This document shows, in pieces, positions 50,593 through 62,000 of a stretch of DNA of 64,000 nt. The translations under genes were made by a program, and so were the position numbers. This DNA comes from Felis catus (Eukaryota), in contig NC_058368.1 in NCBI RefSeq assembly GCF_018350175.1, forward strand, positions 88,290,001 through 88,354,000. Reading direction: 5' to 3'. The notes beneath the pieces are model-generated. The model did no database searches. It was not told where the DNA came from and worked only from the letters and a program-made list of their open reading frames with translations. Every line of letters begins with the position of its first letter. Position 1 is the stretch's first letter.

Positions 50593-50817
50593 TTTTTAAA
50601 AATTTTTTTAAAACATTTATTCATTTTTGAGAGACAGAGAGAGACAGAGCATGAGCAGGCGAGGGGCAGAGAGAGAGAGGGAGACACAGAATCTGAAGCA
50701 GGTTCCAGGCTCAGAGCTGTCAGCACAGAGCCGACGCAGGGCTCAAACTCACGAACTGCTAGATCATGACCTGAGCTGAAGTCAGATGCTCAACCGACTG
50801 AGCCACCCAGGCGCCCC
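50593..50817 (-). mobile_element. CanSINE
   Basis: SINEC structure; tctcccgcctg on both flanks. Confidence 0.92.
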
Positions 50818-51744
50818 TATCTCCCGCCTGTTCTTGCCCACAGAGAACCCAGGCAGTGGGCAAGCCCAGAGGCTGGGGTGCTCAGGACTTGGTCTCCATC
50901 AGACACTGCGGCCTGCAGTAGCGGGTGCCTGCCTCTCTCGCCCATGCATCTGCAGGGCTGAGGGACCCTGTGGAGCAGAGTAAGCCCCAGAGATGCCTGG
51001 CCCCTCAGGCCTCTGTCTCTTCCCACCCCCACCCCCCACTGCACTGCTGTGCCCACAAACAGTGATGTCCCCTCTTGGACCCCACTCACTCCTGGGCCCA
51101 CCATGACTTCCCATCTGTCCGGGCTTCATTGCTATAAACACCATGCACCACAACAGAAACCACCCCATTGAAAACATGCCAGACACGTGGAACACATCGG
51201 CAGGTTTCCAGGGATGGGACCGGTGTCTACCGGCCCATCGCTGTGAGCCCCCAGCTGCACCTCCCTGGCCTGCTGCAGGTCCTGGTCTGCCTGTCAGCCT
51301 GTGGTCAGCCTGCCTGGAGTGACAGGAGGGAGTTCCTGCTGAGCTGATGGAGGCACCAGGACCCCTCACCCGCCAGGCCGCTGCCCCCACAGTGGGCTCC
51401 ATTGTGCTCTTGCTGTCTCTTCGGCCATGTGGGAGAAAGAAGGGGGCTTCTTCAGGGTTGTAGCTCTAAGGGTCCTGGAACAGGACAAGGAGCAGAGAGG
51501 CAGTGGTGACCTGGGTCAGGGGCTCTGCTGGTTGAGACATGGGTTCTGTAGGGTCTGCACATTGTAAATGCAGAGGCGGGAAGTGATTTTCCCCAACAGT
51601 GAGAAGGGTCACTGAAGGTGGAGGTGTCCACTCCCTGTGGGTACATGAGGAGTGAGGGCTGGACCACAGCTCTCCTGGAAACAGAAGGGCAGATCCCAAG
51701 ATTCCCCCAGTATCCCAGCTCTGGTGCACACACAGCTGTTCCCA

Positions 51745-52980
51745 GTAACTCGGTCCAACAATAATGAGACGATGCTGTGACGAGATTCTGCAGATGGAAT
51801 CAAGGTCCCAGATCAGGGCACTGTCCAGGTGGGCCTGCCCTCATCACATGAGGTCCTTTATAAGCAGACTTTTCAACTGCTGGTCACAGAAAGGGAGTCT
51901 GAGATTCCCAGCATGAAAAGGATGCTGGCATGACGATGGAGGGGGTCATGGGGCGAGGAATGCAGGTGACCTCTAGGAGCTCAGAGCGGCCCAGCCGACC
52001 ACCAGAGAGGAAAGGGGGGCCTCAGTGCCACTGCTGCAAGGAGCTTGATTCTGCTCGAAGGAGCCCAGATGACGCAGCTTGGCCAACAGCCTGCTTGCAG
52101 ACTTCTGGTCTCCAGACCCAGGAGACAGCACATTCCTCTTGTGTCCACCCACCCAGTTTAAGCGCTTTGCTATGGCAGCCACAGGAAACTGACACAGATC
52201 CTCTTACCAGGACGTGGGGCACCACTGTCATAACACCTAAAAACGTGGAAGTGGCTTGGGAATTGGGCAGCGGCATGAGATTCTTGAGACACATAAGAGA
52301 AAATCCCAGGCTGCTGTGAACAGACTGTTGGTGGAAATGTGCTGTCAGAGCGCCAGTGGGCACTCTGAGATGGGGGGAGGGGCACTTGTCACAGCAGCAG
52401 AGTGAACTGTGTCCTCCTGAACTGTGTCCGGCTGAACTGTGTCCTCTTGTTGGACTCAGGGCAGAACTTGAGAGCCGTGACCCTGGGAGACTCCTGGGCC
52501 AGGGGAGAAAGGTGCATCTGGTTTGTAGTGAGGTGGAGAGAGATGGGGGAAGACAGCAGCTCCTGAAGCTTTGGGACGTCCTCAGCCGGTCCAGGTGGCA
52601 CCCACTCGGGGGTGGGAACGCATGTCCCTGAGAGACCCTCCATGTGGCTCACAGGTGTCCAGGCCTCTCTGCACAGGTCAGGAGCAGAGGCAGTCCAGCC
52701 AGGACTGCGTTCTGATGGTGTGGCCCACCGGGTCTCAGAGAACGTAGTATCAGTAGAAATACTGCGTGCTTAGACTGGAAGGGACCAAGGGAAATGGGCT
52801 GTTGCATTTCCAGAGTTTCACAGGAGGAAAACAGGCTGTGGACCCGCGCTGCCCTTCAGGAAAAGGCTGAATGACTCCAAGAGCACAGAGCACAGCCTTG
52901 ATTCACAGAGGATTGCTCTCATGCCTTGAAACCCACTGGAGCTCACCCTGCTGGATTCTGATATTTCTTGGGACTCTTTT
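51745..52980 (+). mobile_element. MaLR LTR (to about 52195) plus internal remnant
   Basis: ttctgcagatggaatcaaggtcc...tgctatggcagccacaggaaactgacaca, then MLT1 internal start (taacacctaaaaacgtggaagtggcttgggaattggg). Confidence 0.75.
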
Positions 52981-53009
52981 CCAACCCCCACCCCCAACTC
53001 ACTGCCTTT

Positions 53010-56000
53010 CTAAGTAGAGTTTCTTTTTTAGAGCAGTTGTAGGTTCATAGCAAAATTGAGTGGAAGGTACAGAGATTTCCCAGACATGCCCTGACCCCAC
53101 ACCAGAGATGTGCCTTTATTCAGAAAGGAACCCATGCTGACACATCATTGTCACCCAAAGTGCACCGTTTCCAGTAGGGTTCAGTCTTGCTGCTGCACAT
53201 TCTGTGTGACAAGTGTATCCACCACTGCAGCTGTATCTCACACAGTGTGTGACGTCACCGCCTTGACAGCCCAGCCCTCCTGCACCCTGAGTCATCCCTG
53301 GCCCCCCCTAATCCCCTGGATTGGCTCCTTTCACTTAGTGATACGTGGTTAAGGTTCCCCATGTCCTTTAATGGCTGGGTGGTGCGTTTCTCTTTAGCAC
53401 TGAGTGCTGTAGGGTTGTCTGGATGGACCACTGTTCACATATCCATTCAGTCCTTTGGATAATAGTCCTTTATCAGGTGTGCCTTTTACATTTTCTCCCA
53501 GGCGGTGGCTTGTTTTCTCACTCTCTTGACAGTGTTTTCCACAGAACAGAAAATTTTAATGGTAATGACCTCCAGCTTATCCATTCTCTTTCATGGACTG
53601 TGCCTTCATTGTTGGGTTTTAAAGGCCTCACCACACCCAAAGCCTTTTGGGTTTTCCCCCATGTTATCCTCTAGGAGTTTCATGGTTGCATGTTTTATAT
53701 TTGGGCCCATGATCCATTTTTGAGTTAATTTTTGTGTAGGATATAAGGACTCTGCCTAGATTTTTTTTTTCTTGGCATGTAGATGCCCAGCACCACTTCT
53801 TGAAAAGATTATCTCTGTTCCATTGTATTGCCTTTGCTTTTTCGTTCAGAATCTTTTGGCTGCATGTTTCTGGGTCTATGTCTGGGCGCTCTGTTCTGTT
53901 CCAGTGACCCACTTGTCTATTCTTCCACCAACAGCACACTGTCTTGATTGCAGTCGCTTTGTAGTGAGTCATGAAGTCAGGTAGTGTCAGTCCTCTGTTC
54001 TCATTCAATACTGAGTTGCCTTTTCTGAGTCTTTCACCTCTGAAAAGACACTTCAGAATCAGTTTGTTGACATCTGGGATTTTAATTGGGATTGCACTGA
54101 ATCTATAAATCAAGTTTGGAAATACTGACATCTTGACAGTATTGAATTTTACATGCAGACAAAGACAGTTTTCCCTCCTTTCCAATCAGTATACTTTTCT
54201 TATCTTATTGCATTAGCTAGGACTTCCAGTGTGACATTGAAAAGGAATGGCGAGAGGGAACACCTTGCCTCGTTCATGACCTGAGCAGGAAAATTTCTAG
54301 TTTCTCACCATTAACTATGATGTTAGCCATAGATCATAGATTTTTTGGTAGCTGTTCTGTATGAAGTTGATGAAGTTTCCCTCTGTACCTAGTTTACTGG
54401 AAGTGTTTTTTTTTTTTAAATCATGAATGGGTGTTCGATTTTGTCAAATGCTTTCTCTACATCTATTGATATGATCATGTGGTTTTTCTGTGGTATGCTG
54501 ATGTGATGAATTCTATTAATTGATTTTTGAATGGTGAACCAGCCTTGCATACCACTTGGTCATGGTGTATAATTATTTTATGCATTGTTGGATTTGGTTT
54601 GCTAACATTTTGTCAAGGATTTTTGCATCGATGGTCATGAGAGATATTTGTCTGTAGTTTCCTTGTAATGTTTTTGCCAGATTTGTGTTAGGGTAATGCT
54701 GCCTCATAGAATGAGTTAGGAAGTATTCTCTCTGCTTCTATCCTCTGCAAAGAGACTGTAGATAATAAGGTAAATTTCTCCTTATATATTTAGTAGAATT
54801 CACCAGTGAACCCATTGGGGCCTGGAGCTTTCTGTTTGGGGAAGCTATGAAATTACTGATTCATTTTCTCTAATAGAAACGGGTCTATTCAAATTGTTTA
54901 TCTTTTTTAGTGGGCATTTGGCAGATTTTTCCTTCAAGGAATTGGTCCATTTCATCTAGCTTATTAAATTTGTGGCCACAGTTGTTCATAATATTTCTTT
55001 AGTATCATTTTAATGTTCATGGGATCTGCTTCTCTACAGGTAAGGTGATTTTCTCCCTTTGGCTTTTTTCAAGATTTTTTCTTTATCTTTGATTTTCTAA
55101 AGTTTGATTATGATATGCCTAGGTTTAGGGTTTTTTGTTGTTATTTTGTTTTTGCATTAATCCTGTTTGGTATACTCTGAACTTCCTGAATCTGTGGTTT
55201 GGTGTCTAGCATGAATTTGGAGGGAAATTCTCACTCAGTGTTGCTTCAAATGTTTCTTCTGTCCCTCTTCCTCTTGGTTCTCTGTCTGGTCTTTCCCTTC
55301 CATATGTACACTTTGCCTTTTGTTGTCCCACAGTCCTTGGATAATCTGGGTTCTCTGTTTTGCAGCCTTGTTTATCTTCGCTTTCATTTTGGAAATTTTT
55401 ATTGACACATCCCCAGGCTCACAGATTCTTCGGCTGTGTCCCCTCTATGGATAAGCCTGCCAAAAGCATTCCTCATTTCCACTATAGTGTTTTTGACCTC
55501 TAGCATTTCTTTTTTATTCTTTCTTAGCATTTCTATCCCTCAGTATACATTACCTACCTGTTCTTGCGTGCTCTCTACTTTATCCAGTAGAGTCCTTAGC
55601 ATATTAATCACAGCTGTTTTAAATTCCTGCTCTGATAATTCCAACACAACTGCCTTGTCTGGTTCTGATGCTGCTCTGTGTCCTCAAATTGTGTTTCTTA
55701 TCTTTCAGTGTGCCTTGTGTTTTTTTCTTGATGGTGACAGACATGATGTACCAGGTGAAAGAAACCACTGTAAACAGGACTTTAGTGATGTGGTAAGCAG
55801 GTCAGGCTCTGGTAGACTCATCTCTCCGGAAGATGGGCCAGTGCTCTGGTGTTTTGTGGTGACTACTTTCCCCTCCCTGTCAGGAGCATGAGGGGACGTC
55901 TCCTCCAGTCTTCGCTGTGATAGCCTGCTGGAGTCCTCACTCTCAGACTTGTCCATGCTGAGCCTCCAGCAACCTGTCCCGTACAGTGTAGTTTTTCACG

Positions 56001-56220
56001 CCTGGGCACTGGTTCCAAAGGGGGTTTCTGGTTTAGTAGGTTGTGATTCTCTGGGCTCACCTGTCTCCAGATTTGGGGGCAGTGGTTTGCCCTGTGACCT
56101 CATTTCTCTGAGGGACTAAAGGAGAGTTGTGTTTTCAGCTTGTTCAGCTTTTGTTTGGATGTGAGGATGGGGTAGCAACTTCCCAGCTCCATGAGTATGA
56201 GATCAGAACAGGAACTCTGG
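53010..56220 (-). mobile_element. Old L1 (3' end, ORF2 fragments, 5' remnant)
   Basis: ORF 53664..54185 is L1 ORF2-like (NLIYRFSAIPIKIP, GLTLPDF..HYKATAIKTV). Confidence 0.85.
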
Positions 56221-56329
56221 CAACCTTTCTAACTTCTGTGTTTTTCTCTTGGGCTAGGGACAGTCTGCTACTCTTGCCCTATGCCTGTCCCACCAAGTAG
56301 TTTGGAGATGATGGAGAGGAATTTTGTCC

Positions 56330-56922
56330 CAGGGGGGACCATACTGAGTCTCTCCCCCACCGGATTGAGGAGATTCACATAACGAGCCAATGATATTTAG
56401 ATGACACTGAACAAAGATGATGGGTAAAAAGATGAGACTTTTGAGGATGTTGGGATGGAGTGAATATATTTTGTAGGTGGGCCGAGTGTGAGTTCAGGAG
56501 GAACCGAGGGCAGCCTATAATGGTCTGACTTATTGCTCTCAAAAAGATATGTCCCAGTCCTGATTCCAGGAACCTGCAAATGTGACCTTACTTGGAAAAA
56601 AATGTCTCTGCAGATGCAGTTAAGGATGTTGAGATCACGTGGGGTCATTTGCTGGGCACTAAATCCACTGACAAGTGTTGATAGACACACAGTGGATGAG
56701 GCAGAGATGCCACAATGTTGGGGGGATGGGCACATGCAGCTTCAGGCCACCATGAGGTGCACAAGCCAGAAGCAGTCTCCTCTGGGACCTTTGGGGGGAG
56801 CAGTACCCTGACCACACCTTGGCTTCAGATTCAGGCCTCCACACCTACGTGAGCATAAGCTCTATGGTTTCCCCCGACCTATTTGTAGTAGTTCCTTACG
56901 GAAGCCCCAGGAAAATCACACA
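56330..56922 (+). mobile_element. MaLR internal 3' end plus LTR
   Basis: aaatgtgaccttacttggaaaa...cttacggaagccccaggaaaatcacaca. Confidence 0.7.
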
Positions 56923-56967
56923 CCTCTATTTGCTTTTTGTTCAGTTTGCAGTCAGGCCACATGACAG

Positions 56968-57270
56968 GAGGAGACCCCACCCCAGGCTGTGAGGTCTGTG
57001 CACAGTGAGGGGTGGGTGGGTGGGGACTCTCCTCAGTCTGTGAGGTTTGCGCACAGTGAGGGGTGGGTTTTGGGGAGACCCCACCCCAGGCTGTGAGGTC
57101 TGTGCACAGTGAGGCGTGGGTGAGGGGGAGATCCTTCCCAGGCTGTGAGGTCTGTGCACAGTGAGGGGTGGGTGGGTGAGGGGGAGACCCTCCCCAGGCT
57201 ATGAGGTCTGTGCACAGTGAGGGGTGGGTGAGGGGGGGGATCGTGGATCCTGTCCAGGCTGTGAGGTCTG
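56968..57270. repeat. About 55-bp minisatellite
   Basis: ggagaccccacccaggctgtgaggtctgtgcacagtgaggggtgggt, about 5.5 units. Confidence 0.9.
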
Positions 57271-59074
57271 CCCCACCCCCTCCGCCCCACTAGGCAGTGT
57301 AAGAAGGGAGGCCTGACAGTGTTACCGGCAGCAGGGCTTGGACTGTGGGGCCTCCTGGGGTCAGGGTTTGAATACAGGACGGCAGGGTACTTACTTCCCC
57401 AGACCCAGAGCTCAGAGTGAGGTTGGACAAGATGCCATGATCTTCTTCCTCAGGACCTGAACACCCCTGCAAGCCCAGAAAGCCAGTGAGGCTGCAGGTT
57501 CAGGCACTTCCTGATTTGGGTTAGTCTCGAGGGATCACTGTTGCTACCCAGGGCATCTTGCTCTTCTTCCCCAGCTAATGCTCCAGCCCCTCTCTGTGAC
57601 ACCCTCTGTCAGGGCCAGGTCCTGTGTGGTCAAGCCAACTGGGAAGAAAGGTGGTCTGTGGGTTTAGCAGGAAGCCACCGACTACAGAAGGAAGCTCATT
57701 TTTGAGATGGGGCATAAATGGTGGGTTTGGATCTGCACGCTGAGCAGCCTGCTGGTCTGGATCCTGCCCTGAGGGCTGAGACCCCTTCCCTTCTCTCCAC
57801 ACTGTCCTCCCAGAGTCTTCGGTCCCACTGGTCAGCTGGGAGGGATCTCATGCTCCAGAGGCCTCAGCGCTGTTCTGGGGTGCCTCTGTGAGCCCTCGGG
57901 GCAAGACCGCACGCGGGGCAGACCTAAGTGTCCGAATCATAGAAGTGCTTCCTCAGCACTTGGGGGTGGCTCCTGGGCTTGTCCTCTGACCCGTCTGCAT
58001 CATCTTCCCCAGCTGTGATCTTAGCGCCTTGGCCACATTCAGAACCAGAGCCTCAGTTCACTGGACATTGTGGCCTGAGGTCCCACAGCAACAGCCAAGG
58101 GACGGCAGGAGGCTGTGCATTGCCTGACTGTCCTTGTTCACCTCAAAAATAAAGATATTTTATCAGCAAAAATGGGTTTATTCAGGGATAACAGAGAATT
58201 GCAGTTTAGGACATTCTAACGGTTTCTCATTGGCTGGGTTACAGAGGTGGTCTTCTTGTAGGAGATGCAACCCACACCTCTTCCTTTGGGGGGCCTGTAG
58301 CTGGTGATTCTTTCCAGTTGTGGATGCTTTGGTTGGGGTCCCCAAGGGGCAGGCTCCCCTTTCCGGCATCCCTGGCTAGTGTCAGAGTCCACGTTAGTGG
58401 GGCTTCTCTTTAATTTCACACGCTCACCTTACACAGTGTGGGATTAGTGCCATTGCTGCCCCCACACCTCCCAGAACATCTGCCCCCGAGTCTCCCAACA
58501 AGGGTCAGCCCTCCGGGCACCTGCTGCACGGCCAGGCATGGGAAGAAAAGGCCACTGTGGGTGGGCACAGCCTTCTCCATGTCCAGCTGGGTTTCTGCAC
58601 CCAGCAACCAGCTGATAGACACAAGCCCTTTGCTCATTCCGGGAAAGATGCTCCAAGCAGAAGGGTCAGCTGGGGAAAGTGAGTCACCAGTCCCCCATCC
58701 TGAGGGTGAGAGGAAATGGCAGAGGTGGGGACAGGAGATGTTGAGCAGAGTCTGAAGGACCCTGGGGCACCTGGTGGGGGAAAATGTGCCAGAGAGACAG
58801 GGTGGTGCCAGTGCCCAAGCTGCCCACTGGGAGAGCAGCTGCCCATGATGGCACACCAGCCACACTGAGGACATGCTTGTCCACGCCTGTGGGAGTCTGG
58901 TCCATGGGACACAGTCTCTGGTCCTGCTCATAGCTCTCCACCTCTGCAGCCCAGGGGTCCTTACCTGGCAGCACAGCCTCGCTGTGCGTGGCTCTCTTGG
59001 GCTGGCAGGAGCTCCTGGGGCTGCAAAGCGATACCTTCCCACTGCTCCTGCCTGCTTGTGCTGAGGAAGCCTAG

Positions 59075-62000
59075 GAGCGAGACTGACCAGCCGTTTTGGG
59101 AAGCAGGACCACCCTTGCCTCCCGCCCTGCGGCTTTTCACTTTCAAAATGAATCAGGGAAAATTACCTCCTCAACAGGCCCACTGCTGTTCCAAGTTTCC
59201 AGATGGGTGCCAGAAGTTTGAAATATTATGTGGATGTGGAAATCAGTTGCAAATGTGAAAACTGACTACAATTTGTGTATCTTTCAAGTTTTACTCAAAC
59301 GTATGGCTAATAATTAAACTGGCAGCAATAAGGAGGGAGGGGGCTCCTCACAGGTGAGGCTGGTGGTCTCATGCCAGGGCTGACGCCCTGCCTCTGAGAA
59401 GGCATTTCATCAAAGTCCAAAGCAAACCAAAGCCCCCACCCTAACTGACTGCATACAGTCGCGTTCCTTGTGTGTGCGTGTGTCTGTGTGTTTGAAAATG
59501 TCTCCAGGATGTTCATCTTTTCCTCGGCTAAAATCTCTGTGTGTGCTCATTTGGGGCCTGCAGAGAAAATCACTTGTGGAATCCACATCAGTTGCTCCTC
59601 ACTTTACTCCTCCCATTCCAAGCTCCGCCTTCTAAAGGACCAGGACCACGGACTCCCATCTGTGCAGCCTCTGAAGCTGTGGACCGCTGGGCATGGCCTG
59701 GGAATGGAGTGGGGGGTGGGGGGGGGGTCCCCCGGCTGCGGCCACACTGAAGTCCAGGGCTGAGGAGGCCAGCGAGTTACTTCCTGAGGGACCCACACAC
59801 CTTGGCGGGTGATGCACCTGCAGCCTGCATGCCCAGGGCGTGTTTAAAATTCAGAGAGTTGAAAGAATGAAATCAAAGCAAGAATAACAAATCCTGACAC
59901 GTGAAATAAATGACACTGTAATGTCACAGTTTTATCTGAACACATCAAGCCCATTTGCTCACAAATCCTGGACGCTCTCTTGTAAGTAGCACAGCCTGGA
60001 CATTGTGATATGCGTCACATGGCTCAAGATGAAGTAGTTACTTCTGGGCCTTTTATACAAAACCCACCTGTGCCTGAAACAGACCAATTAACTCAGGGTT
60101 GTTTTGTTTCAGAGTCAATTGTTTTTGATGAGATGTGAAAGCAGTTTCATGTCAGCGTGAAGTTGGTGCCATAGCTGCAAGGGTCTTGCGTTTTGCCCAC
60201 CTTTATATAGAGTAAAACTGGACTCAGAGCATTTTGTGTTTCAGGAAGTGCAAACACCTCCCAGGGTGACAACAAACCAACATAGTCCAGCCCCAATCGT
60301 CAGTTAAAGGGCAAACACTAATATTTTGGTGCAGAAATAAAGCACATGGGTGACCTCAACCCCACAAATGGACTGAACGTCAGTGTCAGGGGTCAAGGCC
60401 CACATCAGGAAAGCAGAAAACAGGGTGGACACCACAGGCCCCATTGCCAACAGCCCGCTGCCACTGCTAAGCGTCAGTGGGGTCCTCATGACACCCTCCA
60501 GAGCATCTCCTCACCTGATGTAAAGAACTGGGCTCCAACCATCACACCAACAACCCGAGCTGCCTGAAGATGGCCAGAGAGATCACCACCTGACTATTCA
60601 CCTGCTTCCCCTGGTCCAGCTTCCAGAAGCAACTCAGTGTCCAGTCCCAGTTATGTCCTGAGTCCAAAAAGTGGGGCATGGCCAGTCCACCCAGACTAGG
60701 GAGCAGTGGGGGCTGGAGTTAGGGCACCAGGGGATGGGAGCAGTGGGGGTGGAGTCAGAGCACCTGGGGAGGGGAGCGATGGGGGTGGAGTTGGGGCACC
60801 TGGGGAGGGGAGAGGTGGGGAGTAGAGTCAGGGCACCTGGGGAGGGGAGCTGTGGGGGTGGAGTCAGGGCACCGGGGGAAGGGAGAGGTGGGGAGTAGAG
60901 TCAGGGCATCTGGGGTGGGAGCAGTGGGGGTGGAGTTAGAGCACCTGGGGAGGGGAGAGGTGGGGAGTAGAGTCAGAGCACCTGGGGAGGGGAGCGGTAG
61001 GGGTGGAGTTAGGGCACCTGGGGAGGGGAGTGTGGGGGTGGAGTTAGGACACCAGGGGAGGAGAGAGGTGGGGAGCAGAGTCAGGGCACCTGGGGAGGGG
61101 AGCGGTGGGGGTGGAGTTAGGGCACCAGGGGAGGGGAGAGGTGGGAAGTAGAATCAGGGCACCTGGGGAGGGGAGCTGTGGGGGTGGAGTTAGGGCACCT
61201 GGGGAGGGGAGCTGTGGGGGTGGAGTCAGGGCACCAGGGGAGGGGAGAGGTGGGGAGTAGAGTCAGGGCATCTGGGGTGGGAGCAGTGGGGGTGGAGTTA
61301 GAGCACCTGGGGAGGAGAGAGGTTGGGATTAGAGTCAGAGCACCTGGGGAGGGGAGCGGTAGGGGTGGAGTTAGGGCACCTGGGGAGGGGAGCGTGGGGG
61401 TGGAGTTAGGACACCAGGGGAAGGGAGAGGTGGGGAGTAGAGTCAGAGCACCTGGGGAGGGGAGCGGTAGGGGTGGAGTTAGGGCACCTGGGGAGGGGAG
61501 TGTGGGGGTGGAGTTAGGACACCAGGGGAGGAGAGAGGTGGGGAGCAGAGTCAGGGCACCTGGGGAGGGGAGCGGTGGGGGTGGAGTTAGGGCACCAGGG
61601 GAGGGGAGAGGTGGGAAGTAGAATCAGGGCACCTGGGGAGGGGAGCTGTGGGGGTGGAGTTAGGGCACCTGGGGAGGGGAGCTGTGGGGGTGGAGTCAGG
61701 GCACCAGGGGAGGGGAGAGGTGGGGAGTAGAGTCAGGGCATCTGGGGTGGGAGCAGTGGGGGTGGAGTTAGAGCACCTGGGGAGGAGAGAGGTTGGGATT
61801 AGAGTCAGAGCACCTGGGGAGGGGAGCGGTAGGGGTGGAGTTAGGGCACCTGGGGAGGGGAGCGTGGGGGTGGAGTTAGGACACCAGGGGAAGGGAGAGG
61901 TGGGGAGTAGAGTCAGAGCACCTGGGGAGGGGAGCTGTGGGGGTGGAGTTAGGGCACCAAGGGAGGGGAGAGGTGGGGAGTAGAATCAGGGCACCTGGGG

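Larger units (their letters stand above)
45600..58760 (-). pseudogene. Tentative decayed GREB1-family unit B (near full length, split by MaLR and L1)
   Basis: YQLVAGCRNPAG~YYLVRNAQG; TTFLPSW~QIFLRSW; AASLAFWACRGVQVL~LASLAASSCNDSVHVI (about 57453-57494); QITLDSEESVPVSTGF~EIILGSPSSGVTVGKHF (about 49665-49712); NVHLSHL~NVSLKHI; VVFFSS...RLFSG/LWLAD~VCYVSS...LLFSG..LYLCD (about 45725-45805). By-eye alignment only. Confidence 0.35.
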
